NCBI GenBank assembly: GCA_003707115.1
Contig: PPNB01000006.1
Location: 62,001-126,000, forward strand
Direction of reading: 5' to 3'
DNA from: Tortispora ganteri
Lineage: Eukaryota
DNA length: 64,000 nt
The position numbers were made by a program, and so were the translations under genes. The notes under the pieces are model-generated. The model had not been told where the DNA came from. It did not search any database and worked only from the letters and a program-made list of their open reading frames with translations. Below, piece after piece: positions 43,442-53,523 of this stretch; position 1 is the first letter of the stretch; every line of letters begins with the position of its first letter.

Positions 43442-46400
43442 GTATTACTGGAAATAAAATACGCTATTTCTACTAATGCTACATTGTAATGTAACAGCGT
43501 CTACTTTGGCGCTATAACGATTTTCTGGACCTTGCTTATGAGTTTTATTTTCGGTTATTGGTTCTTTGCCGCTAGTCATCTGAGTTAATTGATGCAACAT
43601 AAAAACAAATATACCCGCTAAGCGGCATACCTGTTATATTGTCGACGCCATAATAATATTAATATGGCACTCTGAAATATACATTCTATGGGAATGTGTT
43701 ATTATTATGGCAGAAGCTTATATTTCACTATACAGTAGTGAGAAGCTATGGACCAAACTGATCTAAGCTGTTCACTGCTTTGATCTAAATCCAGATAAGC
43801 TTTATATTTTCTACATAAACTATAGAGAATATGTATTCAATGGGTTTATATGAAACTTCGCAGGAGAATCATTAAGAATTATCTCATATAGCAGCATTCA
43901 CTTCTCTCTGGAAAGAACCTTAATAGCTAGTTCGACAGTTTCCGTTTAGCTTATTATACAGCCTGCACTATATGACGTTTACTAGATCTCGATCCAGATA
44001 GCTAATAGCCTACTAGTGAGGACAAACTCTCGATACTAGCGTACTTTTCAGTGCTTTATCTACAAGCGACTTAAGTGGCGTACTAAAATTTATTTAATCA
44101 CAAATATCAGGCCTAGATGTTGTTCTGGTCAAAACTTTTATACTACTTATCCGCAACATTTGCCACTTCATTACCAGTATAAAAAATTATCATTTGCCAA
44201 CCACATAGCGTTGATGAGACTCATAGTAGATTTTCTTAAGTCTGATGCCAGTTTTATTAAACTACATGCACTTTCCGCGGTAAAAAAAAATCTGGAGTAT
44301 TCCATTAGATTGTGGAGATCTGCTTCCCTCGGATCATGGAGAAAACAACTAGCGTCCAGTGCATTCTACACTCATCAAGGGGTGCTGTTCCGTAGTTTCG
44401 GTGAGTACGCAGGCATCGTGGCGATACCTAATTTCATTAGGATTATACTCTAAAATGAAGTAATGTCCATACTTCACCGAAATCTTGAATCATGCATAAC
44501 GTTGATGTGAAGTGTTAAAAGCTCATAAAAACTGTAGTCTTCATTCTCTTCCATCGCAACCCGAGCATAGCCTAATAAATTTTCACTGCGAACATGTTTA
44601 AACTACTATTAATCAAAAAGTAACATAAAGGCACTCTACATTATTAATTCATAATAGAGTAGACATTCTCTCAATGTACTCTTGGCTACTTCCACTGGCT
44701 TCTTTCCATGCTGTCCGTAAACCCCACTTGACTAGCGAAGAATACCAAAATGAAAGCCATCTATCCCCTTTGAAACACGATACAAGGACCCCTCCGGCTT
44801 GTCTAGTTAATTACTTGCATTTGAGCAGGTCGATCCCACCGCAAGCTGACGAATAAGTTGCAGGAAAATGGTAATAAATCCACGATAATTAATGAGCTTC
44901 ATTATGCAATGGTGTCATTTTATAATATCGCTCTTTTTAATATACGTATTCCACGTCTATAAAGTGGCCTCGTTAGTCTTATCGAATTTCAATATAATCT
45001 ACATCGGAAATATAACCCTTAAAGAAACTATGACAGGCAATTCTAGAAAGGACGTTACTTTAATGACTGTTCACAGCTTTTTTTCTCGTTGAAGTTATAG
45101 GTAGGAACGAGTACTTCTCTATAACTCAATCTGAATATAGAAAAAATCCTAGTAGACTAGGGCAAAAAATATATGAGTTTCTTATTCTTATAGCACGCCG
45201 ATCTTAAGTATTATATTAAACCATAGGACGCCACATGAAACCCAAACTATCACAAAATCGCCCATTTATAAATATATGTTAATTATTTAACCACAATAAA
45301 TAGAACTCCACTTTCTACAGCTAATTCCTGCCACTCGCCATTATAATTTGCTGTATTCACTATGACCCTTTCGTAATATAATTCAATTTATCTTGCGTTG
45401 GAAAAAGCCAATCTAACGGGGAACTAATATATATCATGTAGGGAAGCATAATTACGCCTTGTTATCATTTTTCGCATGGAGACAAGCAACTGACAACATC
45501 TGCGATATACTGAAATAGCTCTACATACTCTACCTTTTTTCTCTTCTCAAACAAATTATGTAAGACTTCTTTCAGGTTTCAATAAAACACCCTGCCAATA
45601 CAGTAGATATTCCGAGTAATTCTCTGAATTATGAACTCACAGCTTTAACCATATGAACCTCTGAGCGCTAACAGAAACTAAAAAATTGTTGTCAAAGTTA
45701 TTATGCTATTTTATTCATACCGGTCACTATGTGGCGTATCCGCATATCCTCTCAATAGTTGGGACAAAGCACCCACCTGTTATATTGTGAAACTGACGAA
45801 GCGAACGACCAAAACAATCATAAACCGCAACTTGCAGTTATTATACTATAATATAATTAAAATTTGTGATCTATGATAATATCCCAATCCGCATAATCAA
45901 ACATCAATTTCAATAATGAAACGCTAGAAGATTTCCTGAGCTAACTAAAATGTTACTTCGTTGATAGTGGCAACAGGCTATCAGAACCTAGCATAGTGAT
46001 ATGGCGGCAGGCTGTGGTCGTGTGGCGTAGTGAGATTGCTCCGAAATGCTGATAAACAGAGTGTTAGAAGTGGCAAGTAGCAACCTCAGCGGTATTGCAG
46101 TGTTCGATGCCCTTGCGGAGTTATAAGCATCATATAGTGAAGTTTTGCTATTTTTACATATGAATTTGATTCAATTCCGGGAAGTATGAGAGAATACGCA
46201 CAATTAGTGAAAGAGGCCTTCTAGAACCCGACGTGATTAGGAAAAAGAAAAGTAAATGGAACACAAGCATAACATGTTCACTCAAAGCCAAGGTCATTAG
46301 GGAAGAATATATGACAATGTTATATACTTTTGTTTCTACAAATGACCTGCTAGATTCAGCATTCAGTGAAACTGACTGATTACCAAATCTTTTCAACAAT

Positions 46401-47313
46401 AGAATAATTATCGAGCTTGGTAACAATACTATTCGACGTTTGAAAGCGTGGATGCGTGGATGAAACTTCGCCTATGACTGCAGTATCGACTATAAGACTC
46501 TAAATCTCGAGTGACTCACTAGTGTGTACATGGCGAACTATGAGTATTTCACAGGGAGTCTAAGCATGGCTATTGTAGCCTAATTCTTTTTAATAACTCG
46601 GTTGATTGATCCAATTTATGACCATGTTCGTTCGCTGAACAATGCTTTTCAAGTTTGGCAGAAAAGATGCTCCGGACCTTTGCTTAACGGACTTGGCAAC
46701 GTGTATTCCATGGGCTGTTCCAGTAGATAATGCAGTGCAGCACGCAATTATTGATTCCTTTACTCAGGACTGTCTTTAAATCGCTCATCGTAAGTGCTCG
46801 TAACATATTGAATTCAATAATCTACTACTGTATTACCAGCAGCAGGTCCTTTAGTTATGTGTTGTCCATCCTGTAGAGTATTTCTACTAGCAAAAACCTT
46901 CAGGTATTTCGCCACTGAATGGATTCCAAAGTTGTGACGCCTCTTTCGCCACAGTAGTGTGACATGTGGCAAACCACGGACTGGACACCCAGATAGTTAT
47001 ATAGTCCACGTTTGCGATAGGAGTGTGGCGAATGGCAAAGCAATGGCAAGATTCACAGTATTGTACTTTCAACTATAGATAGCGCTGAACATTCAGGACG
47101 TAAGAATGCGTTCCAGAAGGTCAAAGAATCGTATAGAATGCATCATTTACTCAGTCTAGTTCTGATACAATGTACTCCCGATTACAACCTGGAAGATTCA
47201 TTTTTTGTGTGAAAACAATGTATGTTGCTCTGAGTAGATTACGGCATACGCAATACATTAGACCATTATGACCAGATACAGACATGTAGCTGATTAAAAT
47301 GCTTTCCTGTTTC

Positions 47314-48093
47314 CTAAGGAAGATCAACACTTGCCGTTAGCCTACGCGCGTTTTGGAGTAAGCGTACTATCAGCGGACAATCACTAACAATTTTCATAGG
47401 CCCGGTAGTCCAATGTATCGATTGTCTTCTTTCGCATTCACTGATACCAGTGTTTTGCCACGTATTAATATGGGTTGAAGGCGTATGCGGCGCAGCGCGT
47501 TGGTACGGACTCGCGCCTTTTTTCATTAAGTAAGCGACTATGGCGTATCAAAAGAAACTCCAGTAACTAGAGAATAAATTCCTACTTCGTTGGTGATGCT
47601 CTCTAACGCTATTATGATCTTCCAAGAAGGGTGTTCGTGGTCTCACCTTCATTGATTTCATCTCATGCAACATCACCATTTCGGACTCCTCACAAAGTCC
47701 GTATTCACGAGCAATATCATACTTGATATATGCTTTTGACAGGTCCAGCCATTTATGGCCAGACTGATCAATAAACTCTTCTGGAAACGTCCTAAGATAA
47801 TTTTTGTTTTCGATGTTCTCAGTTGGCTGAGATCTCCCGGATACGATAAATAATCGTGGTTCAGTAGGGGGAGATGAAGTAGTACATTTAGAGCGCGCTG
47901 CCTTCGAAAAGTCATTGACAGCATGGCTGTTGCTGATGTCGCATGAAATATTATATTCAAATACGACTAAGGCTGTACGACAATTAAATCTCCTTTGCAT
48001 TTTACGGTGAGGTATGCCAGCATCCCTAGAGTTAGAACATATAGAGGAGTAAGTTTGCTTTTGTATATCTTCCTCCATTAATACTAGTTGCAC
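47314..48093 (-). pseudogene. Possible decayed ORF: a single ~260-codon frame with one internal TGA
   Basis: Track ORFs 47548-48093 and 47314-47526 share a frame and are separated only by TGA at 47548-47550. No recognisable motif. Confidence 0.3.
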
Positions 48094-49223
48094 GTAGTGT
48101 CGCCAGTATCTTTATTCCGAGTCTGGCTGCTCACCTTATAGTAATTTGAAAGTACCTTGCAGTGGCACAATACGAAACTTTGATAATAGTCGGACAGAAG
48201 AGACTCTTTCCTTTTCAGCGACAATCTTCTAAGCTACTATTAGAGGGATCTTCAGTAAGAGACCATATGTACTGGTAAAAGTGAACAGGCTGCTGCTAAC
48301 CCTAAAATTGCTATTCAACGGTCTCTTGAATGTCCGAGTATTCTGATACTTAGAGGGAGCTCATCACTTAATATCAGTTTATCTAATTGTCCCGATTTCT
48401 TTTAAGTAATAGATCCTTAGATCTACTCATAAGGCAATCTGCTAGTTAGAAAACACCGGAATAATTTTCGAATCATTTGTTTAGTCCTTGGCACTACCAG
48501 ATAAAGAGCTTAATGACCAGCCCCTTTGCTGGAGCCGTCTCTCCGAACTCCTGCATGGGTTCGCAGAGTTAATGGGTTCATCACCACGGCAGAAACCGAT
48601 GAGGAATGAGTCGCGTAGATTGTCTGACCCACCGGCGTACTGTGGACTTAATCCGTAATAATGGTGTGAGTCACTGAGCACATCGAACACCCCAGTCATA
48701 GCTGTTTTACCTTATAAGCGGTTCTTAACTGTTAGAAGAGTGATATGCCTAGTGTACTAAGGAACGATGTCATCAATTCACAATAGATAGCATCTGTCTA
48801 TGTCTCGGGTGCAACTGCGAGCTGGCACTATACCGTGTGTGATAAATTTTTATGAGAAAATAACTTACTATGCATGCTAGCAATTTATTTATAAGGGCTA
48901 GTGCCCTTTATTCGGTGCATGACGCTCTATGTGAGCCATGAGAAGTGCTACACGTTCTATAAATTATTAACGCATTGCTGCGTGCGCTAAGTGCAATAGG
49001 TACATATAATACAAAGTGCCTTAATCTTAACTGAAGTTTAGTACAAAGCGAATGGTCGCGTCATCTAACCGGATTAATGTGCTTCCTTCGAACTTTTTCT
49101 CCTTCTTAGCAACGGTCCAGCCAGTAAAGAATTACTCATCATCAAACAAAGTAACACTGAACAGCATTTAATTGAATTCGCTGCCAAGAATATACATTTT
49201 ATGTTAAATTTCTAAGCTATTGA

Positions 49224-50276
49224 ATGTTGAAGGCAGTTTTTATATCTAGACACTGTTCTAGAATTGATGCGGAAGATCCTACGTGGAAGGATACAGCTGT
49301 TACACCGTACGATCCGCCCCTTAGCGCTCGTGGTTTTAGTGAGGCTAAAGAGCTAGGAATAAGAGTGAAGCAGGCAATGCATGACTGCGGTGGATCAAAA
49401 CTCAACATACATAGCTCTCCATTTCTCAGATGCATTCAAACTGCTAGTGAAATTGCTAAAGTTGTTGACAATGTGGAATTAAGTATTGACTGCAGCTTAG
49501 GTGAATGGATCACGTCAGACTATTTTACTCATATAACGCCTCCTCCCGAAGATAATCATAGATCTATAGTTGAAACTGCACATCGATACTTGAATAATTC
49601 TACTACACCCGGTGTTAATAACAGAGATGCGTGGAAGTTTGGTAAAGGGGGAGAATACGATGAAGAGTGGTCAGAGATGAATGAACGAGCTCGCAAAGCC
49701 TTGGGATGTATTATAGAAGAGACTCGAATGCGAACTATTAAGCAAGAATCAGCTGATGGGAAAATATTAAGTGATGAGGTGATTTTAATAGTTTCGCATG
49801 GCGCAATCTGTAATTCGCTTATTGGTGGATTAAGTAACAGACCTACGCTGATCAACATTTCTGTAGGATCGTTGTCAATAGCATTGCCGCTCGAAGAAAA
49901 GCCTGCGGTGGACTCTACGTCACAAAGTCTTATTGACCGTATTGGTCACTGGAAGCTGTCTCAGATTGGTGATATGCGCCGGACTAGCAAAAGTGAGAGT
50001 TCTGACGAAGAGGATGTTGCATTGTGGAATTCATCTCCGAGAGAAATGTCAACTGCAAGATCGATACTGTCGCGATCCGGCTCTATTATCACTGATTTTA
50101 ATCATATAAGGTCTAGATCTCGGAGTAAAAGCCGACTACATATGTTGGTTAATGAGGGCACCAAAACGCAGTCTGGGTCTTTGTGGAAACCTCAAGAAGA
50201 TCTCTCAAACAAGTCGGAAGCCACGGGTGAGTTTAGTGAACCAAAGATATGGAACGAGAGCCAAAAACTGGAATAA
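49224..50276 (+). CDS. Histidine phosphatase / phosphoglycerate mutase family protein
   Basis: RHxxR (RHCSR), TPYDPPLS..G, HSSPFLRCIQTA, LGEW and LIVSHG. Confidence 0.85.
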   Translation: MLKAVFISRHCSRIDAEDPTWKDTAVTPYDPPLSARGFSEAKELGIRVKQAMHDCGGSKLNIHSSPFLRCIQTASEIAKVVDNVELSIDCSLGEWITSDYFTHITPPPEDNHRSIVETAHRYLNNSTTPGVNNRDAWKFGKGGEYDEEWSEMNERARKALGCIIEETRMRTIKQESADGKILSDEVILIVSHGAICNSLIGGLSNRPTLINISVGSLSIALPLEEKPAVDSTSQSLIDRIGHWKLSQIGDMRRTSKSESSDEEDVALWNSSPREMSTARSILSRSGSIITDFNHIRSRSRSKSRLHMLVNEGTKTQSGSLWKPQEDLSNKSEATGEFSEPKIWNESQKLE

Positions 50277-50474
50277 TAACAATAGCTGTACTAATTAATA
50301 ATGATCCCTTATTAATGACGTTATATAAATACTATGGAGGCACACTAGCACCAGTTAGTTGAGATAATAGCAATGCTTTTTCTTCGTCTTAACCACCGTC
50401 GTGCTTTCCTCCTAACAGCGGTTGATAACTCTTGATCTTCGACAACAACTTCGACCCTACCCCAATTAATAATT

Positions 50475-50786
50475 ATGAAAACATCTGCACCTGAATTAAA
50501 GAAGGTAAGTTCGCCTTAGAAATACCTGTGAATCTAATTTGCTGAAAACAGAAAAAGCATTAAGGAACCAGACTAACGTATATAGTATTTAGATAAACAG
50601 CTGATTGTTCAGCTGAACAGCGAAAGAGAAATAATTGGAGTCCTGAAAGGGTATGACGTGTTTTTGAATCTTGTATTAGATGAAGTTGTTGAATCGAAAA
50701 AGGATGGCGAAAGACTTTCAATCGGAACTGCCATTATACGCGGCAATTCGATAATTACGATTGAAGCTTTAGACAATACCCAATGA
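50475..50786 (+). CDS. SMX2: Sm protein G (76 aa); exons 50475-50504 and 50586-50786, intron 50505-50585; absent from the ORF track
   Basis: Spliced product MKTSAPELKKYLDKQLIVQLNSEREIIGVLKGYDVFLNLVLDEVVE...IGTAIIRGNSIITIEALDNTQ carries Sm1 and Sm2 motifs. Intron reads GTAAGT...ACTAAC GTATATAG. Confidence 0.94.
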
Positions 50787-51508
50787 ATTTCATAATATTC
50801 CGTAACAGAAGCGTATTCAGGTCTTTTCAGTTGACCAGGTTTAATAAAATTGCGTCTATTAACTTTTCTATGGCGACGTTATTGTTAAAAAAGAAACAAA
50901 AGCAGAATTACAAACAAACGGATGCTGATACGCCGAAGTTGACCATAGACGATTTTTTTGACGTGGAAAATTTTCGATCTGACTACGAATCTGTGATCAA
51001 AGACTTCAAGAATGACCTATTAAATTATAGAAGGCCTATCAGCATAATCATGGAAAAAATTCTCCAAACTCCGGTTCCTTACCCGAATGGAGAGCGTTGT
51101 TCAGTATATGCCACAGTAGCCAAGAGAGGCCCGAGAATGCTCAGCATAGGTGTATACAATGCTCGCGACATGGATAAGATAACGAGCTCCATTCAGGCTG
51201 CTCTTGGTTTGACTCCTCAAAGAGCCAAAAATGTCCCTCAACTGTTGCTTGTAGAGCTGCCACCTTTAACTAAAGAGGATAAGGATAAGAAATTAAAGCA
51301 ATATAATGAAGCCTTTGAACGAAGGCGGAATGGCGCTACCAATTCTTTGGCGTCTATCAGAGAAAAGGCGTTAAAACCTTTGAAGGGGTTAAAAGGTGTT
51401 TCTAAAGACGAGTTAAAGGCTACGCAAGATAAAATCGAAAAAATTCATAAAGCATATACTCAAGAGCTGCGCGATGAGCTGGATAAAGCCAAAGCAGCCA
51501 CCGCTTAG
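50783..51508 (+). CDS. RRF1: Mitochondrial ribosome recycling factor
   Basis: Basic, acid-free presequence; ATVAKRGPRML.I.VY, GLTPQ, ELPPLTKE and SKDE...QDKIEKIHK. Confidence 0.82.
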   Translation: MNFIIFRNRSVFRSFQLTRFNKIASINFSMATLLLKKKQKQNYKQTDADTPKLTIDDFFDVENFRSDYESVIKDFKNDLLNYRRPISIIMEKILQTPVPYPNGERCSVYATVAKRGPRMLSIGVYNARDMDKITSSIQAALGLTPQRAKNVPQLLLVELPPLTKEDKDKKLKQYNEAFERRRNGATNSLASIREKALKPLKGLKGVSKDELKATQDKIEKIHKAYTQELRDELDKAKAATA

Positions 51509-51550
51509 TCTAACCGCATCTATATTTTATTGTATATAGTCTATTAACTA

Positions 51551-52531
51551 TTAGACGTTTGTCCTAATATAGTCAGCAATCTGAACCTTCGTCATTGTAG
51601 AGAAGCTATGGTTTTTCAACAAAGCTTTGCACAGCGTTTCCGAACCTTCTAGCTTAGGCAGATCTAATTCACCATTGATACATTTTCTTATAACCAAATC
51701 CCTGAACTTAGCTAAAGACTCTGCATCCTTCAGTTGGCAAGAAGCTGTTCGGAGCATTTGTAGAGCATGCTCTTCACCGATACTCAAATGATTATGTCCT
51801 ATTTGAGGTGTAATGTCAATAGCAAAATCAGGTTTATGTTCAGCAGAAGAAGAGGCAACTTCTGCTAGTTTTTTTGTGAAATTTTCAAGGTACCTTAGAC
51901 CATCACCTTGCAGAGTGCCAGCTCTAGGTAGTTGAGAATGGACAATTACTCCATCCGCAGCGGTTTTACGCCTATTGTTGGACTTCTTTGTAGCTGCGAC
52001 AGCCAACCTCCCTGTTTTCTTCCTATTTGTAGGCTGGTTAGCTCTCATAGTCGGCTTTCTTCTTCCCTGTTGATTTAAAGGAATTTCTATTGAGATATCT
52101 TCCAAATCAATATCCATATTTTTGGTATTTTTGGTTCTTGTATGAGAACCATTCGAAGCATGAGCTTGAGACGAAGTCTGCTTACTCAAAAGTTCAATTT
52201 GCTTATCGATGAGAGAATCAGAATGACCGGTTCCCTTCGGCCTAAAAATTCTTTTGCTGCTTTGAGGACCCATTCTTTCTCTTCGAATATTTGAGCTGGA
52301 TTTGACAGATTTTGAGGGTACGTTGCCAGAGTTCGGTGTGGTATTAATAGAATTTTTACTCTGCTGCCGTAAACGTTCGAACAGTGACGGTTTGTCTCGA
52401 GTAGCAGGAGAGGGCTTTTTTGAAAGATTAGATAAAGTATCCTGCAAGCTCGAAGGATTTAATTTAATCATGCTCGAACTGCTAGAAGGCGTCGCTTTTG
52501 ACAAATATCGTACATGTTTTAATCTATACAT
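51551..52531 (-). CDS. Hypothetical protein, probably mitochondrial (the ORF extends to ATG 52702)
   Basis: Long ORF. MYRLKHVRYLSK... at 52531 looks like a presequence, followed by a basic low-complexity middle and a helical C-terminus. Confidence 0.6.
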   Translation of the reverse strand: MYRLKHVRYLSKATPSSSSSMIKLNPSSLQDTLSNLSKKPSPATRDKPSLFERLRQQSKNSINTTPNSGNVPSKSVKSSSNIRRERMGPQSSKRIFRPKGTGHSDSLIDKQIELLSKQTSSQAHASNGSHTRTKNTKNMDIDLEDISIEIPLNQQGRRKPTMRANQPTNRKKTGRLAVAATKKSNNRRKTAADGVIVHSQLPRAGTLQGDGLRYLENFTKKLAEVASSSAEHKPDFAIDITPQIGHNHLSIGEEHALQMLRTASCQLKDAESLAKFRDLVIRKCINGELDLPKLEGSETLCKALLKNHSFSTMTKVQIADYIRTNV

Positions 52532-52736
52532 GATTGGATAGTAATGGTAAGGTCGGAAGTTTGGGAGAAACCTACGTTTACTCACCGGGAATGGATATAG
52601 TGCATGCGCTTTTATAAGAGCATGGCGGGCCAACTTTCGTACGATTCTAATGCCGCATTGCAATATATGTAGTAAAATTATTTCGTAATCTGAGTTGTCC
52701 ATTTGATTAACTTATGTACCTGACTAAAACAGAGAT

Positions 52737-53312
52737 TCATTCGATGCTGTTATAAGTCATCTTCTTAGAACTTTGAAATTTGTTGATAGTGGCTTTAATG
52801 AGCTCATTTATTTGCATTTGCAACACCCGATCCTGGTCAATGAGCTTGTCGATAATTTTTGATTCTGATTCGACAACTCGTAATCTTCTGTCATGTGTAT
52901 CCTTAGATGCATCGATTATATCTCTCAGGGAATCTAACCAACCTTTAGAGCCCTTAGGCTTTAGCTGATTTTGACTCTGGTGCTGATAAGTAAGATGTTT
53001 AACAAGATCTTTGTCTATTCTTGAAAGTTGCGATAATTCCCAATTGTCGGAAGAGCCACTGTCATTAATATCGCTCAAAAACAAGTGCGCGTCGCTAATA
53101 TTACTCGTTGCAACTGGGCTTGTCGAATTTAATGGTATTTTGTTCACATCATCTAAAGGCATGTCCGTTTTCGCCCCATTCGTTGCGACCCTTCCCCGGT
53201 TTTCATTTCTGGATTTTTTATTCACCTTATACGATGTCGAAGTATTTAGGTTTGTTTTCTTTCTAGGTCTGGATACTTTTATTGGCCCTTCATCGCTAGA
53301 ATCTGAAGACAT
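52737..53312 (-). CDS. Hypothetical protein with basic NLS-like segment and C-terminal coiled coil
   Basis: 191-aa ORF filling the gap between neighbours; RPRKK; heptad-like C-terminus. Confidence 0.6.
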   Translation of the reverse strand: MSSDSSDEGPIKVSRPRKKTNLNTSTSYKVNKKSRNENRGRVATNGAKTDMPLDDVNKIPLNSTSPVATSNISDAHLFLSDINDSGSSDNWELSQLSRIDKDLVKHLTYQHQSQNQLKPKGSKGWLDSLRDIIDASKDTHDRRLRVVESESKIIDKLIDQDRVLQMQINELIKATINKFQSSKKMTYNSIE

Positions 53313-53523
53313 ATGACAATGTTGAACTTGTCTGTGTTAATGGAAGCTGCGTAACGTAAACTTCAGTTAAGATCGATCCGCATATAGCCCACATTTAATA
53401 AAGCTTATTTTGCTCCCGTTTTAGAATTACCACCACGTTTATCTGACTCCGGTTTATATTCGTACCTTTGCTGCAGACGTTGACGATATTGTATTTCGCC
53501 CTCAAAGACTTGTTCTCCGCGCT

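Larger units (their letters stand above)
41400..49000. other. AT-rich interval with no recognisable gene; candidate regional centromere
   Basis: About 8 kb between divergent genes with no recognisable CDS. Three 60-nt lines counted by hand (42601, 43801, 45241) are 23-25% GC. Contains repeats and a motif cluster. Confidence 0.55.

Noticed and set aside
41954..46426. Short track ORFs in the gap (41954, 42220, 44160, 44674, 44892, 46154) as genes
   Set aside because: Under 100 aa with no motifs; the frame of 42220-42444 is not preserved in the second repeat copy.
48430..48699. 72-aa ORF plus a CTAAC-TAG-CAG acceptor-like signal on the minus strand
   Set aside because: All three frames after the putative acceptor close within about 20 codons, so no spliced gene can be built.
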